This document shows positions 25,767-38,249 of a stretch of 64,000 nt of DNA, piece after piece. A model generated the notes under the pieces. That model was not told the origin of the DNA, did no database searches, and saw only the letters and a list, made by a program, of their open reading frames with translations. Position numbers and translations under genes: made by a program. Position 1 is the stretch's first letter; every line of letters starts with the position of its first letter. The stretch comes from Balanoglossus misakiensis (lineage: Eukaryota; Animalia; Hemichordata): the NCBI GenBank assembly GCA_040954595.2, contig JBECUI020000024.1, positions 637,978 to 701,977 of the forward strand, in the 5' to 3' direction.

Positions 25767-26070
25767 TTGCATCACGGGATACTTCTTTGTAGACTATCGA
25801 ACCTTGGCATCTCAGACACAGTACTAACATGGTTTACATCTTACCTTCAATATAGATATCAAACTGTAATCATCGAAAACACTGCAAGTTCACAGTCACC
25901 TCTCGTATACGGGGTGCCACTGCCCCTCTGTTGTTCACCATTTATATAGCCCAACTTTATAGTAAACCGATTCGTCCCCACATCCTACAATTTCATCAGT
26001 ACGCCGATGATAACCAGCGATACCTCGCCTTTTCCCATCAAGATTCAACCTCTGACGTTCCTGTCTTCTA
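25767..26070 (+). mobile_element. degenerate LINE reverse-transcriptase fragment (L2/CR1-like)
   Basis: HGILLCRLSNLGISDTVLTWFTSYL..YGVP, then (frameshifted) PLLFTIY and HQYADD at ~25994-26011. Confidence 0.85.
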
Positions 26071-26102
26071 AGGATTGTTGAACTTTAATTCATGCAGTTT
26101 GT

Positions 26103-26932
26103 TGTTACGGCCGGTCGTCCTCCGGACGTTTACCTCATCGGCTTCTGTGGGGAATCAGCCACGTCCGAAAGCTGACGGCGTACATTCTCTTCATCTCCTT
26201 CTCCACCCAACATATTCATAAAGTCCGAGAGAGGTACCCGGCAGATCGTAAACCTTTCGTAGACAGAGACTTGCAAGAAGTTTTCCGAGTAACACAAAGT
26301 TCTGGTTTATTACTGGTCACACGTAAGAATTACACGACTCGATCCATGCTCGTTGACTCCCATCACGGATCTCCGGTGATAAATGTGTGATCTCAAATTT
26401 CACCACACCTTATTAATACGTTAGTCAAGTATTAAGTCATAAAAGGAACACGTCATCTTGATATTTCTTAAACATGAACTTAGCGCGTGATATCTCTATC
26501 TCGTTCTGACATGTATCAATTACACAATGTTGTTTACTCTGGGTCAAGTACCAATGTCAATACTGGACTAAAACCATATAAGTGAATGACTTCTTACGTA
26601 ATCATAAACAAGATCTATGATCGTTAAAACTCAATCGTGACACTTGTATTACCACTGGTTTCTCATGATTGTTCATGCATCGGGGAATCTGTAGCGATGA
26701 GGTAACGGGCTCTGACGAGAACCGTGATCCACGGAGAAACGTATTTGATTTACGTTCATTTATTGTCCGGAATTATTATAGTACATCAAATACGCCCAGT
26801 AAAGTACATGAGGAAGGGAACGAGCTCAGTAGCCTGAGGTACTCCCATCTCCCGTTAGATTATTCTCCCCTAACTTTGGAAACAAAGTTCTCTTATGATT
26901 ACTTTTCTCAAGGCGTGGTTAACCATGTAAAA
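26103..26932 (-). mobile_element. possible solo LTR
   Basis: Starts TGTTAC, ends in degraded ...TGTAAAA; GC-richer than flanks; minus-strand AATAAA at ~26306. No clear target duplication. Confidence 0.35.
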
Positions 26933-26947
26933 TATCACAAATACATG

Positions 26948-29826
26948 TAGTGGCCAGTGTCGTGCCCATTAATTTTGAGTGTTTGGTGGGGTCAACCTTT
27001 GCGTCAACATTGATTAACCAGGCCATGCAGAGCTAGTGGCCAGTGTCGTGCCCATTAATTTTGAGTGTTTGGTGGGGTCAACCTTTGCGTCAACATTGAT
27101 TAACCAGGCCATGCAGAGCTAGTGGCCAGTGTCGTGCCCATTAATTTTGAGTGTTTGGTGGGGTCAACCTTTGCGTCAACATTGATTAACCAGGCCATGC
27201 AGAGCTAGTGGCCAGTGTCGTGCCCATTAATTTTGAGTGTTTGGTGGGGTCAACCTTTGCGTCAACATTGATTAACCAGGCCATGCAGAGCTAGTGGCCA
27301 GTGTCGTGCCCATTAATTTTGAGTGTTTGGTGGGGTCAACCTTTGCGTCAACATTGATTAACCATGCCATGCAGAGCTAGTGGCCAGTGTCGTGCCCATT
27401 AATTTTGAGTGTTTGGTGGGGTCAACCTTTGCGTCAACATTGATTAACCAGGCCATGCAGAGCTAGTGGCCAGTGTCGTGCCCATTAATTTTGAGTGTTT
27501 GGTGGGGTCAACCTTTGCGTCAACATTGATTAACCAGGCCATGCAGCGCTAGTGGCCAGTGTCGTGCCCATTAATTTTGAGTGTTTGGTGGGGTCAACCT
27601 TTGCGTCAACATTGATAAACCAGGCCATGCAGAGCTAGTGGCCAGTGTCGTTCCCATTAATTTTGAGTGTTTGGTGGGGTCAACCTTTGCGTCAACATTG
27701 ATTAACCAGGCCAGAGCTTAGTGGCCAGTGTCGTGCCCATCAATTTTGAGTGTTTGGTGGGGTCAACCCTTGCGTCAACCTCGATTAGCCAGGCCAGAGC
27801 TTAGTGGCCAGTGTCGCGCCCATTAATTTTGAGTGTTTGGTGGGGTCAACCCTTGCGTCAACCTGGATTAGCCAGGCCAGAGCTAGTGGCCAGTGTCGTG
27901 CCCATCAATTTTGAGTGTTTGGTGGGGTCAACCCTTGCGTCAACATTGATTAGCCAGGCCAGAGCTAGTGGCCAGTGTCGTGCCCATCAATTTTGAGTGT
28001 TTGGTGGGGTCAACCCTTGCGTCAACCTTGATTAGCCAGGCCAAAGCTAGTGGCCAGTGTCGTGCCCATCAATTATGAGTGTTTGGTGGGGTCAACCCTT
28101 GCGTCAACATTGATTAGCCAGGCCAGAGCTAGTGGCCAGTGTCGTGCCCATCAATTATGAGTGTTTGGTGGGGTCAACCCTTGTGTCAACATTGATTAGC
28201 CAGGCCAGAGCTTAGTGGCCAGTGTTGCGCCCATTAATTTTGAGTGTTTGGTGGGGTAAACCCTTGCGTCAACCTTGATTAGCCAGGCCAGAGCTAGTGG
28301 CCAGTGTCGTGCCCATCAATTTTGAGTGTTTGGTGGGGTCAACCCTTGCGTCAACCTTGATTAGCCAGGCCAGAGCTAGTGGCCAGTGTCGTGCCCATCA
28401 ATTATGAGTGTTTGGTGGGGTCAACCCTTGCGTCAACATTGATTAGCCAGGCCAGAGCTAGTGGCCAGTGTCGTGCCCATCAATTATGAGTGTTTGGTGG
28501 GGTCAACCCTTGCGTCAACATTGATTAGCCAGGCCAGAGCTTAGTGGCCAGTGTTGCGCCCATTAATTTTGAGTGTTTGGTGGGGTAAACCCTTGCGTCA
28601 ACCTTGATTAGCCAGGCCAGAGCTAGTGGCCAGTGTCGTGCCCATCAATTTTGAGTGTTTGGTGGGGTCAACCTTTGCGTCAACCTTGATTAGCCAGGCC
28701 AGAGCTAGTGGCCAGTGTCGTGCCCATCAATTTTGAGTGTTTGGTGGGGTCAACCCTTGCGTCAACATTGATTAGCCAGGCCAGAGCTAGTGGCCAGTGT
28801 CGCGCCCATTAATTTTGAGTGTTTGGTGGGATCAACCTTTGCGTCAACCTTGATTAGCCAGGCCATGCAGAGCTAGTGGCCAGTGTCGTGCCCATCAATT
28901 TTGAGTGTTTGGTGGGGTCAACCTTTGCGTCAACCTTGATTAGCCAGGCCATGCAGAGCTAGTGGCCAGTGTCGTGCCCATCAATTTTGAGTGTTTGGTG
29001 GGGTCAACCTTTGCGTCAACCTTGATTAGCCAGGCCATGCAGAGCTAGTGGCCAGTGTCGTGCCCATCAATTTTGAGTGTTTGGTGGGGTCAACCTTTGC
29101 GTCAACCTTGATTAACCAGGCCATGCAGAGCTAGTGGCCAGTGTCGTGCCCATCAATTTTGAGTGTTTGGTGGGGTCAACCTTTGCGTCAACATTGATCA
29201 ACCAGGCCATGCAGAGCTAGTGGCCAGTGTCGTGCCCATCAATTTTGAGTGTTTGGTGGGGTCAACCTTTGCGTCAACATTGATTAACCAGGCCATGCAG
29301 AGCTAGTGGCCAGTGTCGTGCCCATCAATTTTGAGTGTTTGGTGGGTTCAACCTTTGCGTCAACATTGATTAACCAGGCCATGCAGAGCTACATTGTAGT
29401 GGCCAGTGTCGTGCCCATCAATTTTGAGTGTTTGGTGGGGTCAACCTTTGCGTCAACATTGATTAACCAGGCCATGCAGAGCTAGTGGCCAGTGTCGTGC
29501 CCATCAATTTTGAGTGTTTGGTGGGGTCAACCTTTGCGTCAACTTTGATTAACCAGGCCATGCAGAGCTAGTGGCCAGTGTCGTGCCCATCAATTTTGAG
29601 TGTTTGGTGGGGTCAACCTTTGTGTCAACATTGATTAACCAGGCCATGCAGAGCTAGTGGCCAGTGTCGTGCCCATCAATTTTGAGTGTTTGGTGGGGTC
29701 AACCTTTGCATCAACATTGATTAACCAGGCCATGCAGAGCTAGTGGCCAGTGTCGTGCCCATTAATTTTGAGTGTTTGGTAGGGTCAACCTTTGCGTCAA
29801 CATTGATTAACCAGGCCATGCAGAGC
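26948..29826. repeat. tandem satellite/minisatellite, ~34 units of 86 bp (82/83-bp variants centrally)
   Basis: Unit TAGTGGCCAGTGTCGTGCCCATTAATTTTGAGTGTTTGGTGGGGTCAACCTTTGCGTCAACATTGATTAACCAGGCCATGCAGAGC; starts at 26948 and 27034; no unique spacers. Confidence 0.97.
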
Positions 29827-30409
29827 TACATGTATGTTGCCTGTAAGGCACACATCTCCAATTGGTACATTGGGCCTATCATACTGTACATGTACAACTA
29901 GGAAAATGTACTTCATCATATTTCCATAGTCAGCAGCTTCAAGAACATGTTGCCTTCTCTATATGAATGTTTAGACTAAAAAGAAGTATAAGAAGAATAA
30001 AGTTGTCCAATTATTGTTGGCAGGGGGTGGGGATGTGTGCTCCCATACAAATGTATATGGGTATGTACTCTTTAAGAAAAACGTTCATATGCAAGAGAAA
30101 AATGGTAAATGACAAAGAAAATTTGACTGGTATTACAATAGGTCGGGTTTTTGGCATTTACACATATTGATGTTATCAACCGGGAAGCACACTACGTGCT
30201 GAAAATAATTGGAGACCTCTCGCCCGGGGTGTCGGCCAGTGGCCACATACATTTCCAGTCCTAAACCTTGCATCAGTTCTGTGGTGCGGATTAAGAAATA
30301 AGATTGGCGCTACAATATGCCCACTTAGATTGAAATGGATTCTGCATATATACATGTAAACACATTGAAAATGAGATATTACACATATAATCATGGGACA
30401 AGAAGGGCA

Positions 30410-31120
30410 AAAATTAAATTATCCAGCAGGTGCTCGAATTATGCAAATTAGAACAGTTGTCTAATATTGCCATGTCAACCACGTTGAAATTGTTTTAGGT
30501 ACCCATATTAATTAAAACCGTGAAAATGCGATATTACACACCATATAAGACAAACCAGGGAAATTTACATGTTAGAGAAGTTTGTCGGCCATTTTGGATT
30601 ATGCAAATTAGTACAGTTGTCTAATATTGCCATGTCAACCACGCTGAAATTGTTTTAGTTACCCATATTGATGAAAACCCTGCAAATGCGATTTTAGGCA
30701 CCATATAAGACAAAACAGGGAAATTTACATTTAAGAAGAGTTTGGTGGCCATTTTGGATTATGCAAATTAGAACAGCTGTCTAATATTGCCATGTCAACG
30801 ACGTTGAAATTGTTTTAGGTACCCATATTGATGAAAACCCTGCAAATGCGATATTACACACTATTAAAGACAACCATAGTAAATTTACATGTTAGAGAAG
30901 TTTGTCGGCCATTCTAGATCATGCAAATTAGAACAGCTGTCTAACATTGCAATGTCAACCACGTTGAAATTGTTTTAGGTACCCATATTGATGAAAACCC
31001 TTCAAATGCGATACTACACACTATTTAAGACGACCATAGGAAATTTACATGTTAGAGGAGTTTGGCGGCCATTTTGGACTATGCAAATGAGAAGAGTTGA
31101 ACAAAAAATGCCATATTTGC
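30410..31120. repeat. ~162-bp tandem repeat (4-5 units); inverted relatives at 56440-56690 and direct relatives at 57890-58220
   Basis: Recurring GGCCATTTTGGATTATGCAAATTAGAACAG..GTCTAATATTGCCATGTCAACCACG. Confidence 0.85.
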
Positions 31121-34100
31121 AATGCTGTTGTCTTGTTTTGGGTGCCTATGTTAAGGCTTGAAAATGAAAGCTTATTCACCATTTTGGCACAAACAGTGCC
31201 GAGAAGGTGTTCCAATGTAACTTAGAAGAGTTGCCATATTTGCAATACAGTTATATTGTTTAAGGTATGAATGCAAATCCTGAATATTAGATTTATAACA
31301 ATTTCATTGGAAAGAACATTTGTAGGTTCATCATTGACCCCATAGGACTGTCAACTCGACTACAGACAGTCTCGATGAACACAAGACATGATCCCAATTT
31401 GCAAGCTGAGTTGAAACTGACTGCTGCAGTAACTTTAGCTCTGGGAATGTCTTGTGTGATTTAAAGCAATTGATGACCAAATTTAACACAGTTTCTCTGA
31501 GGTAACCACTTAGCTTTCGTGACTGGTTGTTTAAGAATCCAAAAAACATGAATTCTACCCAATGAATTCAACCCTTAGAATTTCACAACTGTAACACAGT
31601 TTGCAGTCATGCACAAAAGTGTGTATCATACACATAAGAAATTTCTCACATGTATTTTTATGATGGCAATGCATTTGACTGTAAACAAACATTGACATCA
31701 GTCAGTAGCGCTATTTTGTCAGTGAAATGGCTTCATCATCATCCCTCCAACCAAAGTTGAAACTGAGTTGCAAATATTGCACAGCTTGAAATCATAAAAT
31801 GTTGCAAAATTGAACCAACAGTTCGGTCAATGATCAAGTTCTTACAGCTATTATTAGAACCAGACAATCTCAGCGAACAAGAGACATGGGCCTTATTTGC
31901 AAGTCGAGTTAGAACTGCCTTTGCCTGCCCACGGACGCCCCAGTTTCAGCAAAAATTATTGCATTAAAATGTGAGTATGGAGAACTATGCTCTGTGTTCC
32001 TTTTGTTAGCTTACATAGCTGTTGTCATTCTAGTTTTTCCTCTGTCCTGTGAACAGAGTTTCAGTTGCGAAAACCGACAGTTCTTAAAGTACAAAAGTAC
32101 ACCTAAATTGCCTCGGTGATGAGCATGCAGAATTTATCTGATGCTTTTTACTGGCAGCAGGACCACACCAGTTGCAGATTGTCAATTCCATGGCACAAGG
32201 GAATTTACGCTTTGCGTTCAAATATAAATAATTAACACCTGTTTAATTTTTCTATATGTTCTTTAGTGATGATTCAAAAGTATTATGACTGCTAGTGTGA
32301 TTAATATTCTATTTTCAAAATGTGTTTCTCTTAATGATTATGAATACATCAAAATTTATGCTTTAAAATTAAATCATTATACCTGAAATATTGCAAATAT
32401 TTGGAGGGTTGCATTTAATTTGAAGTTCTCGATCAAAGTTTTAGGCATAAAAAAGGTGCTACACCCCCGAAAAATTGGTAGCTATGAATTCAATTCAAAG
32501 AGTGTTGTAATGTCTGTTTTGCAACAGGGTGCCAGTTCAACAAAGCGCATGAGGATAGTAAATCACCTTTGTGAATTTTGTGCACCACAGTAAGAATTCC
32601 CTAGAAACTGCAAACTAAATTGCAAAGCAATCAGACAAAAATGGCAGTAATTGCCAAAAAAAAAAAAAAAATATTGTCACTTCCATCACTGGGTTTGTTA
32701 AATTGTCATAAAATCACACCTAAGAACATGCAAACCAAATTTTAAAAAAAATGTGGGTAGAGGTTTCTGAGTATATGACGACCAAAATCACCCCAAAATA
32801 TACTTCAAAAATGAAAAATAAAATCTGTATAAAGTCTCAATAACATAAATACACACCAATTTCTAAAGCAATCTGACCAGTACCTTCTTGAGTTTCTGAG
32901 TTTAGAACAATTTCACATTGGTCCCAATGGTATATTGACATATACAAAATTGGACCTAAAGAGTAAAACACATTTCAAAGATTTTACAATTAAAGCCTCA
33001 CAAGCTGCCAAATTTTACACATCTTTTTCCACAATAACATTTTTCAAATCATCCACCTATCCTTTAAAATCAGCACCATTGAGCCATATTACTTGAATTT
33101 GCATGGGGTTTGTCATCTTTCTGCGATGTGTACCCTCCATATGGAGGCTGATTAAAACAGGTGTGGCGCTCGTTTAATATCTGACTTCTTTAAATTGCAA
33201 CATACAGGCACATTCATTAGTCAATAAAATGTTCATGTATACCTATCAGTCAGTTTGTTTAGATGAACAAATCTAAGATGGAAAGTAATATCATGAAAAT
33301 ACTGAAAGATTGGAAACTCTGAGTTTGAGTCTAAGGATAACAAGGGAACCTCTCTACTATTTGACGCACCAAAGCTATGAAAAACTTCCTTCTTTCCCTC
33401 AAATATTTTTTATGAATATGTTCTACTCCGTGATTAAAATTTCCCTTTTACCAAATGTACATATGTAAGAGACGTGATTTTTTCAGCAAAATTTCAAATG
33501 GCCTAGGGTGACTTTTTACCTACTTACCCATATTGGGTAGCATGAAACACAGAATGGCATACCAGTGGGTTAGAGATACAGCGTTTTATATTAACATGAA
33601 TTAACATGAAACTAAAAATTTGATGGTTTACTTAGGACTGCCTTGATCCATGGTAACCTCATTAAATATGTACATATCTAATTCTAGGCTATCCAGTTGC
33701 GGTAGAAACCTGGACATGGACAACTTTGGGGTCAAAATCTTTTGACAAAATGTTGGGTGATCTTGGGTAAACTTTGACCTACATTCCTATATCTTGGCAT
33801 CCGGCACAGATACATCCCTGACACTTGGAGTGATGGAACTGCATAATGGAGTATTATGTCTCAGCTAGTCACAGTGCTTTTGCTGTGTTTTATGTCTTTT
33901 ATTCAGCCAAATTAGATGTTTTTCATTACACATTGGCTGTGTTTGCCAGTACTTTTTAGCTGGTCACACTGCCTTAACACAATGTATTCTCAAAATACTC
34001 TGCAATCTTTATGAAGCATATACAGCAGACAAAGTTGTGGTAAGACTAAACTTGCCCTTCTTTGTGATTAAAGCATGACCGGCCTGTCTTAGGTGGCCCC

Positions 34101-35299
34101 TACCTAGGGGCTTTACCCGTCATTGGCTCACAGTCTGAGAAATCAGCTCTGCAGGGAAGTTAACGATGTAACCCACCATTAAAGCTTGGATTTCCGCTTT
34201 TTGTATTTGATGCCTGGCTGAGGCCTTCTTAGGATCTACCCAACGCTGAGTAGGCTATCCCGTCATTGGCACACAGTCTCAGGGAGGGAGTCAAAAGTTC
34301 AGTATACCATCAAAGCCTTTATATTGTCCATTCTTTTTAAGAGAAGGCTGGCTGCTGTAGAAAAATGTTGATCTCAAATTTATCATGTCCAAAAAGCCAG
34401 ACTTCCAGCCCTATTGGTTAGGCTGGCATTAGGTAAGTACATAATTAATGAGGCAAGACATAATACTCAATCAAATAGTTCCATCACTCCAAGTGTCAAG
34501 GTTGTATCTGCTCCGGATGCTAAAATATAGGAATGTAGGTCAAAGTTTACCCAAGATCACACAAATGTTTGTCAAAAGATTTTGACCCCGAAGTTGTCCA
34601 TGTCCAGGTTTCTACTTCAGCTGAATAGCCTAGAATTAGATATGCACATATTTAACGAGGTTACCATTGCTCAGGGGGGTCTTAAATTAACCATCAAATT
34701 TTAGTTTCATATTAATGCATATTAATATAAAACACTGTATCTCTAACCCTACAGGTAAGCCTAGAATTAGGTACATGTACATGCGTAAGTTTTTGACAAG
34801 ACAGTTAAGCTGTAATATATGTACATGAACCTTGACAATTGACTTAAAATAACATAAAGGCAGAACTGATACTGATTGGAGATAGATATTACTAATGACA
34901 GTGATGTTAATTACACCAGGAATGTTTGTCTTAGTATACGGTAGCTAACCGACTGCTTGAGGTTAAGTAATGAAAGTGCCCACTTGCGATTCACCTTCAA
35001 ATAGCTACTTAGTCTTTGGTACATGTACATTGTTTTTCCAATGATTAGACAAAGGATATACATACGTGTAATTAAGGTTGGGTAGCATTTTCAATGTAAT
35101 AAGCCCTGCCTTCACTATAATCTTACACCAAATCAACACTGTTCAGTAATGTGATAGGCTTCAAAGCGACGCTAGTTACATCATAATTCCCAGCAAGGGG
35201 TATTAGTTTATTGGGCAAGTGGCATGAGTGAGGCCAGACATTAGTTTTGGAAGCAAAGCGGACAGAACACTGCCGGGCATAGACTAGGTAGTTCTGAAT

Positions 35300-36686
35300 A
35301 GTCATGTTTCATAAGTCAGGTCCATGACATATGTACCGACATCTGTGATTGGTCCATCTGGTAATCTTAGGTCCACTTGAGGCACGGTGATTGGAGGGAC
35401 CTTATGTGTTAGGTCTTATTATTATGTATTATTCACTAGACCTTGTAGGTTAGGTCTTATTACTATGTATTATTCACTTTACAGCTCCCTGATTGGTTAA
35501 TGTGTAGGTCTCCAATTTTCACTGCCTCGTTATGCAAAGTCTTTTGTCCTTCTGAATACAGTTGTCGTATTCTGTCTGGCATGCTGCCTGCGCGTTGTCG
35601 AAGCTCGATCCCAGTGTATAAAGAAAGGCACTCATATAATGATTGGATTTAACCTTTCCTTCACTATTCATGGCATTTTTTTGTGATACTGTGAACTAGA
35701 TACTCGAAATAAAAATTGCCAGGAGAATTTTTTTATTTTATTTCCAGTGGCAGTTTGTTGAAATGGGCTAGTGTTTTGTTACGTAATGCTTTTCAGCGCA
35801 TCACTTCGTGTAACACCTGGCTGAATACGAAGTGTGTGCTATTCATTCGAGCAAACCAAAAATATCTTACAATAGAACTGTTTAGAATAGCATTGCATTT
35901 CTTTAATTGGGATACCTCATTAGTTGCTTTACAGGTATGATTACTTTTATTGTACTTCTTTCACGAAGCTGCACCGTCATAGTTCCATTTTTATGAAAAC
36001 AATATACGAATGTATAAACAGACAACGTACTCCTTTTCACAACATCTACGTCAAAACAAATTTACTTTAAAATAGTAAAACAACAATAATAATATTGATG
36101 ATGAGAAGTAGGAGGGTGATTTAAGAAAATATACAACTGTTAGCAAAAATGCTTAGATGTGTTAATCAGATTTTCAAAGTCCATCTAAAAATCATTTAAT
36201 CTTTCCAGGGTGCGGTTTATGTTGGAGATAGTATCAGTCAGGCTATTTCTCAGAAAATTAATGAATGATCTGCGGACATCCCGAATAATGTGTTACCACA
36301 ACGCTAGCCAGGAAGCACATGGGACATTTCACAATGAGGCAGTGAACACTGGGAGACCAGACTGACACGTTAACCAATCAGGGAGCTGTATGGTGAATAA
36401 ATACATATTAATATGACCTAACCTACAAGGTCCTGTATTATGAGGCAGTGAACACATGGGGGACCAGACTGACACGTTAACCAATCAGGGAGCTGTAAAG
36501 CGAAAAATGCATAGTAATAAGACCTAACCTACAAGGTCTAGTGAATAATACATAATAATAAGACCTAACCTACAAGGTCCCTCCAATCAGCGTGCCGCAA
36601 GTGGACCTAAGAGAAGCGGATAAACCAATCAAAACATGCAATACATGTGTATAGGACGTGTAATGTAGGTCATTTTGAAACAGGAC
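35300..36686. mobile_element. TIR element private to the left arm
   Basis: 35360-35500 is the reverse complement of 36478-36612; right arm at ~49140-49150 shows the flanks joined without it. Confidence 0.7.
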
Positions 36687-37794
36687 TAATGTGACCATGG
36701 ACGTTACCACATTAGACTCTGTATTGTAAGTTTCTGAAGAATCGCAAAAAATCATCAACAGTCTACATGTACTTCAACCTTGTGAGAAGTACTGTATAAC
36801 ACACAGGATATACTAGTCACTGTTGGTCAGGTTATTACACACTGTGGTCCCATCTGGGGATTACACAAAATTAGGTATGTCTGTGTTCATGGGAAAAATC
36901 ATGTGACATTGGCAAGCAGATATGACCTTCTGTAAGAACATTTCAAAGGAACCAGACAAGTATTTTAGGGAAAACAACATTCAACAATGACAAAAACTGC
37001 CTCAAACCACATCTATCCAACTATCAACAAATTGTATAATATCTACTTCAATCACCACGCCTACCAAAGTTGAAAGCAATCTGACTAGTAGTTTCAAAGA
37101 ATACAAATTGCAAAAATTGCCCCAAGACCACAATATGTAAATTTCACCAAAATGATATACAACATTACTTGGGTTACCTCTTGGAACAAGCATACCAAAA
37201 TTTAAAAGCAATCTAAGGAGTTTCTCAGAAAATGAATTTTGACCAAAAATGACAGATTACAAATTCTGCGACAATTTAAACAAAACCAACTATGATCACC
37301 TACCGGAAGTGTCATACTAAATTCTAAAGAAATCAGCCAATCTCTTTAAGAGGAAAAGATTTTTTTTCAAATGGTAAAACAAGACAAAATAATTGCATAA
37401 AAAATAGACAATTCACGATATAAACTCAAAGTATATCAGGTATGATGACATTACCTACATGCATACAAATGTTCAAAGCAGTCTAACCAGTTGTTGAGTT
37501 TTGATCAATTCCACATATTTCACAGGTTATTTGCGTATTTTTGCAATGACAACTTCATTTAAGCAAAATCCCATCTACACACCAAAATAAAAAAAGCGTG
37601 GTTTCATGTTTTGGATCAGGGCAGACATACATCCATATATACATGTAACATGCAGACACACATGTACACACACACACAAACACATGCATACATGGCTGCA
37701 TACATACATACATACATACATATATACATACATGCATACATACATAGGGAAACGGTCTGGTAATCAATGTTGTGACACTAGCATTAGGCCTTAA

Positions 37795-38249
37795 ACCCCG
37801 GTGCGGAAAGTACTGGGGTTCGGATTAACGTGTGTTTGTACAGTTGTTTATTTGGGAGTGGTCGTCGTGCATAATAACTGTGTAATTGATCTCATGTACA
37901 TAGAAAATAATTGAACACTTTACACCTCTATGCGATTGACAGCTGTTTGAATGGCGTGGTTATTGTTTCCCAGGGATGCTTCTGAAAAGCACTGAAACCA
38001 GATTTCTCCCAAAATCATCGTTGTTTCAAAAGCTCGTGTACTTTTTCATCGATAACTTTATGTTGTGTGTGTTTATAAAGCCAACCACTGTCGTTGTGTG
38101 GTGTAATTCTTTATGCTTGGATCTGTTTGGGCCGATTTTCATAGAGCCAAGATCGTTAGAGCCAAGATCGTTGGTGTTGTCTGTTGTCAGTCAAACGGCA
38201 TTAAGATTCGCCACTGATTTGGGGGGTCTTTTATACCACGCATCGGGGT
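37795..38249. mobile_element. TTAA-flanked MITE private to the left arm
   Basis: TTAA|ACCCCGGTGCG ... CGCATCGGGGT|TTAA; empty site with a single TTAA at ~48030-48033. Confidence 0.85.

Noticed and set aside
26948-29826. CRISPR array
   Set aside because: Whole 86-bp unit repeats with no unique spacers, no cas genes, eukaryotic intron-exon context.
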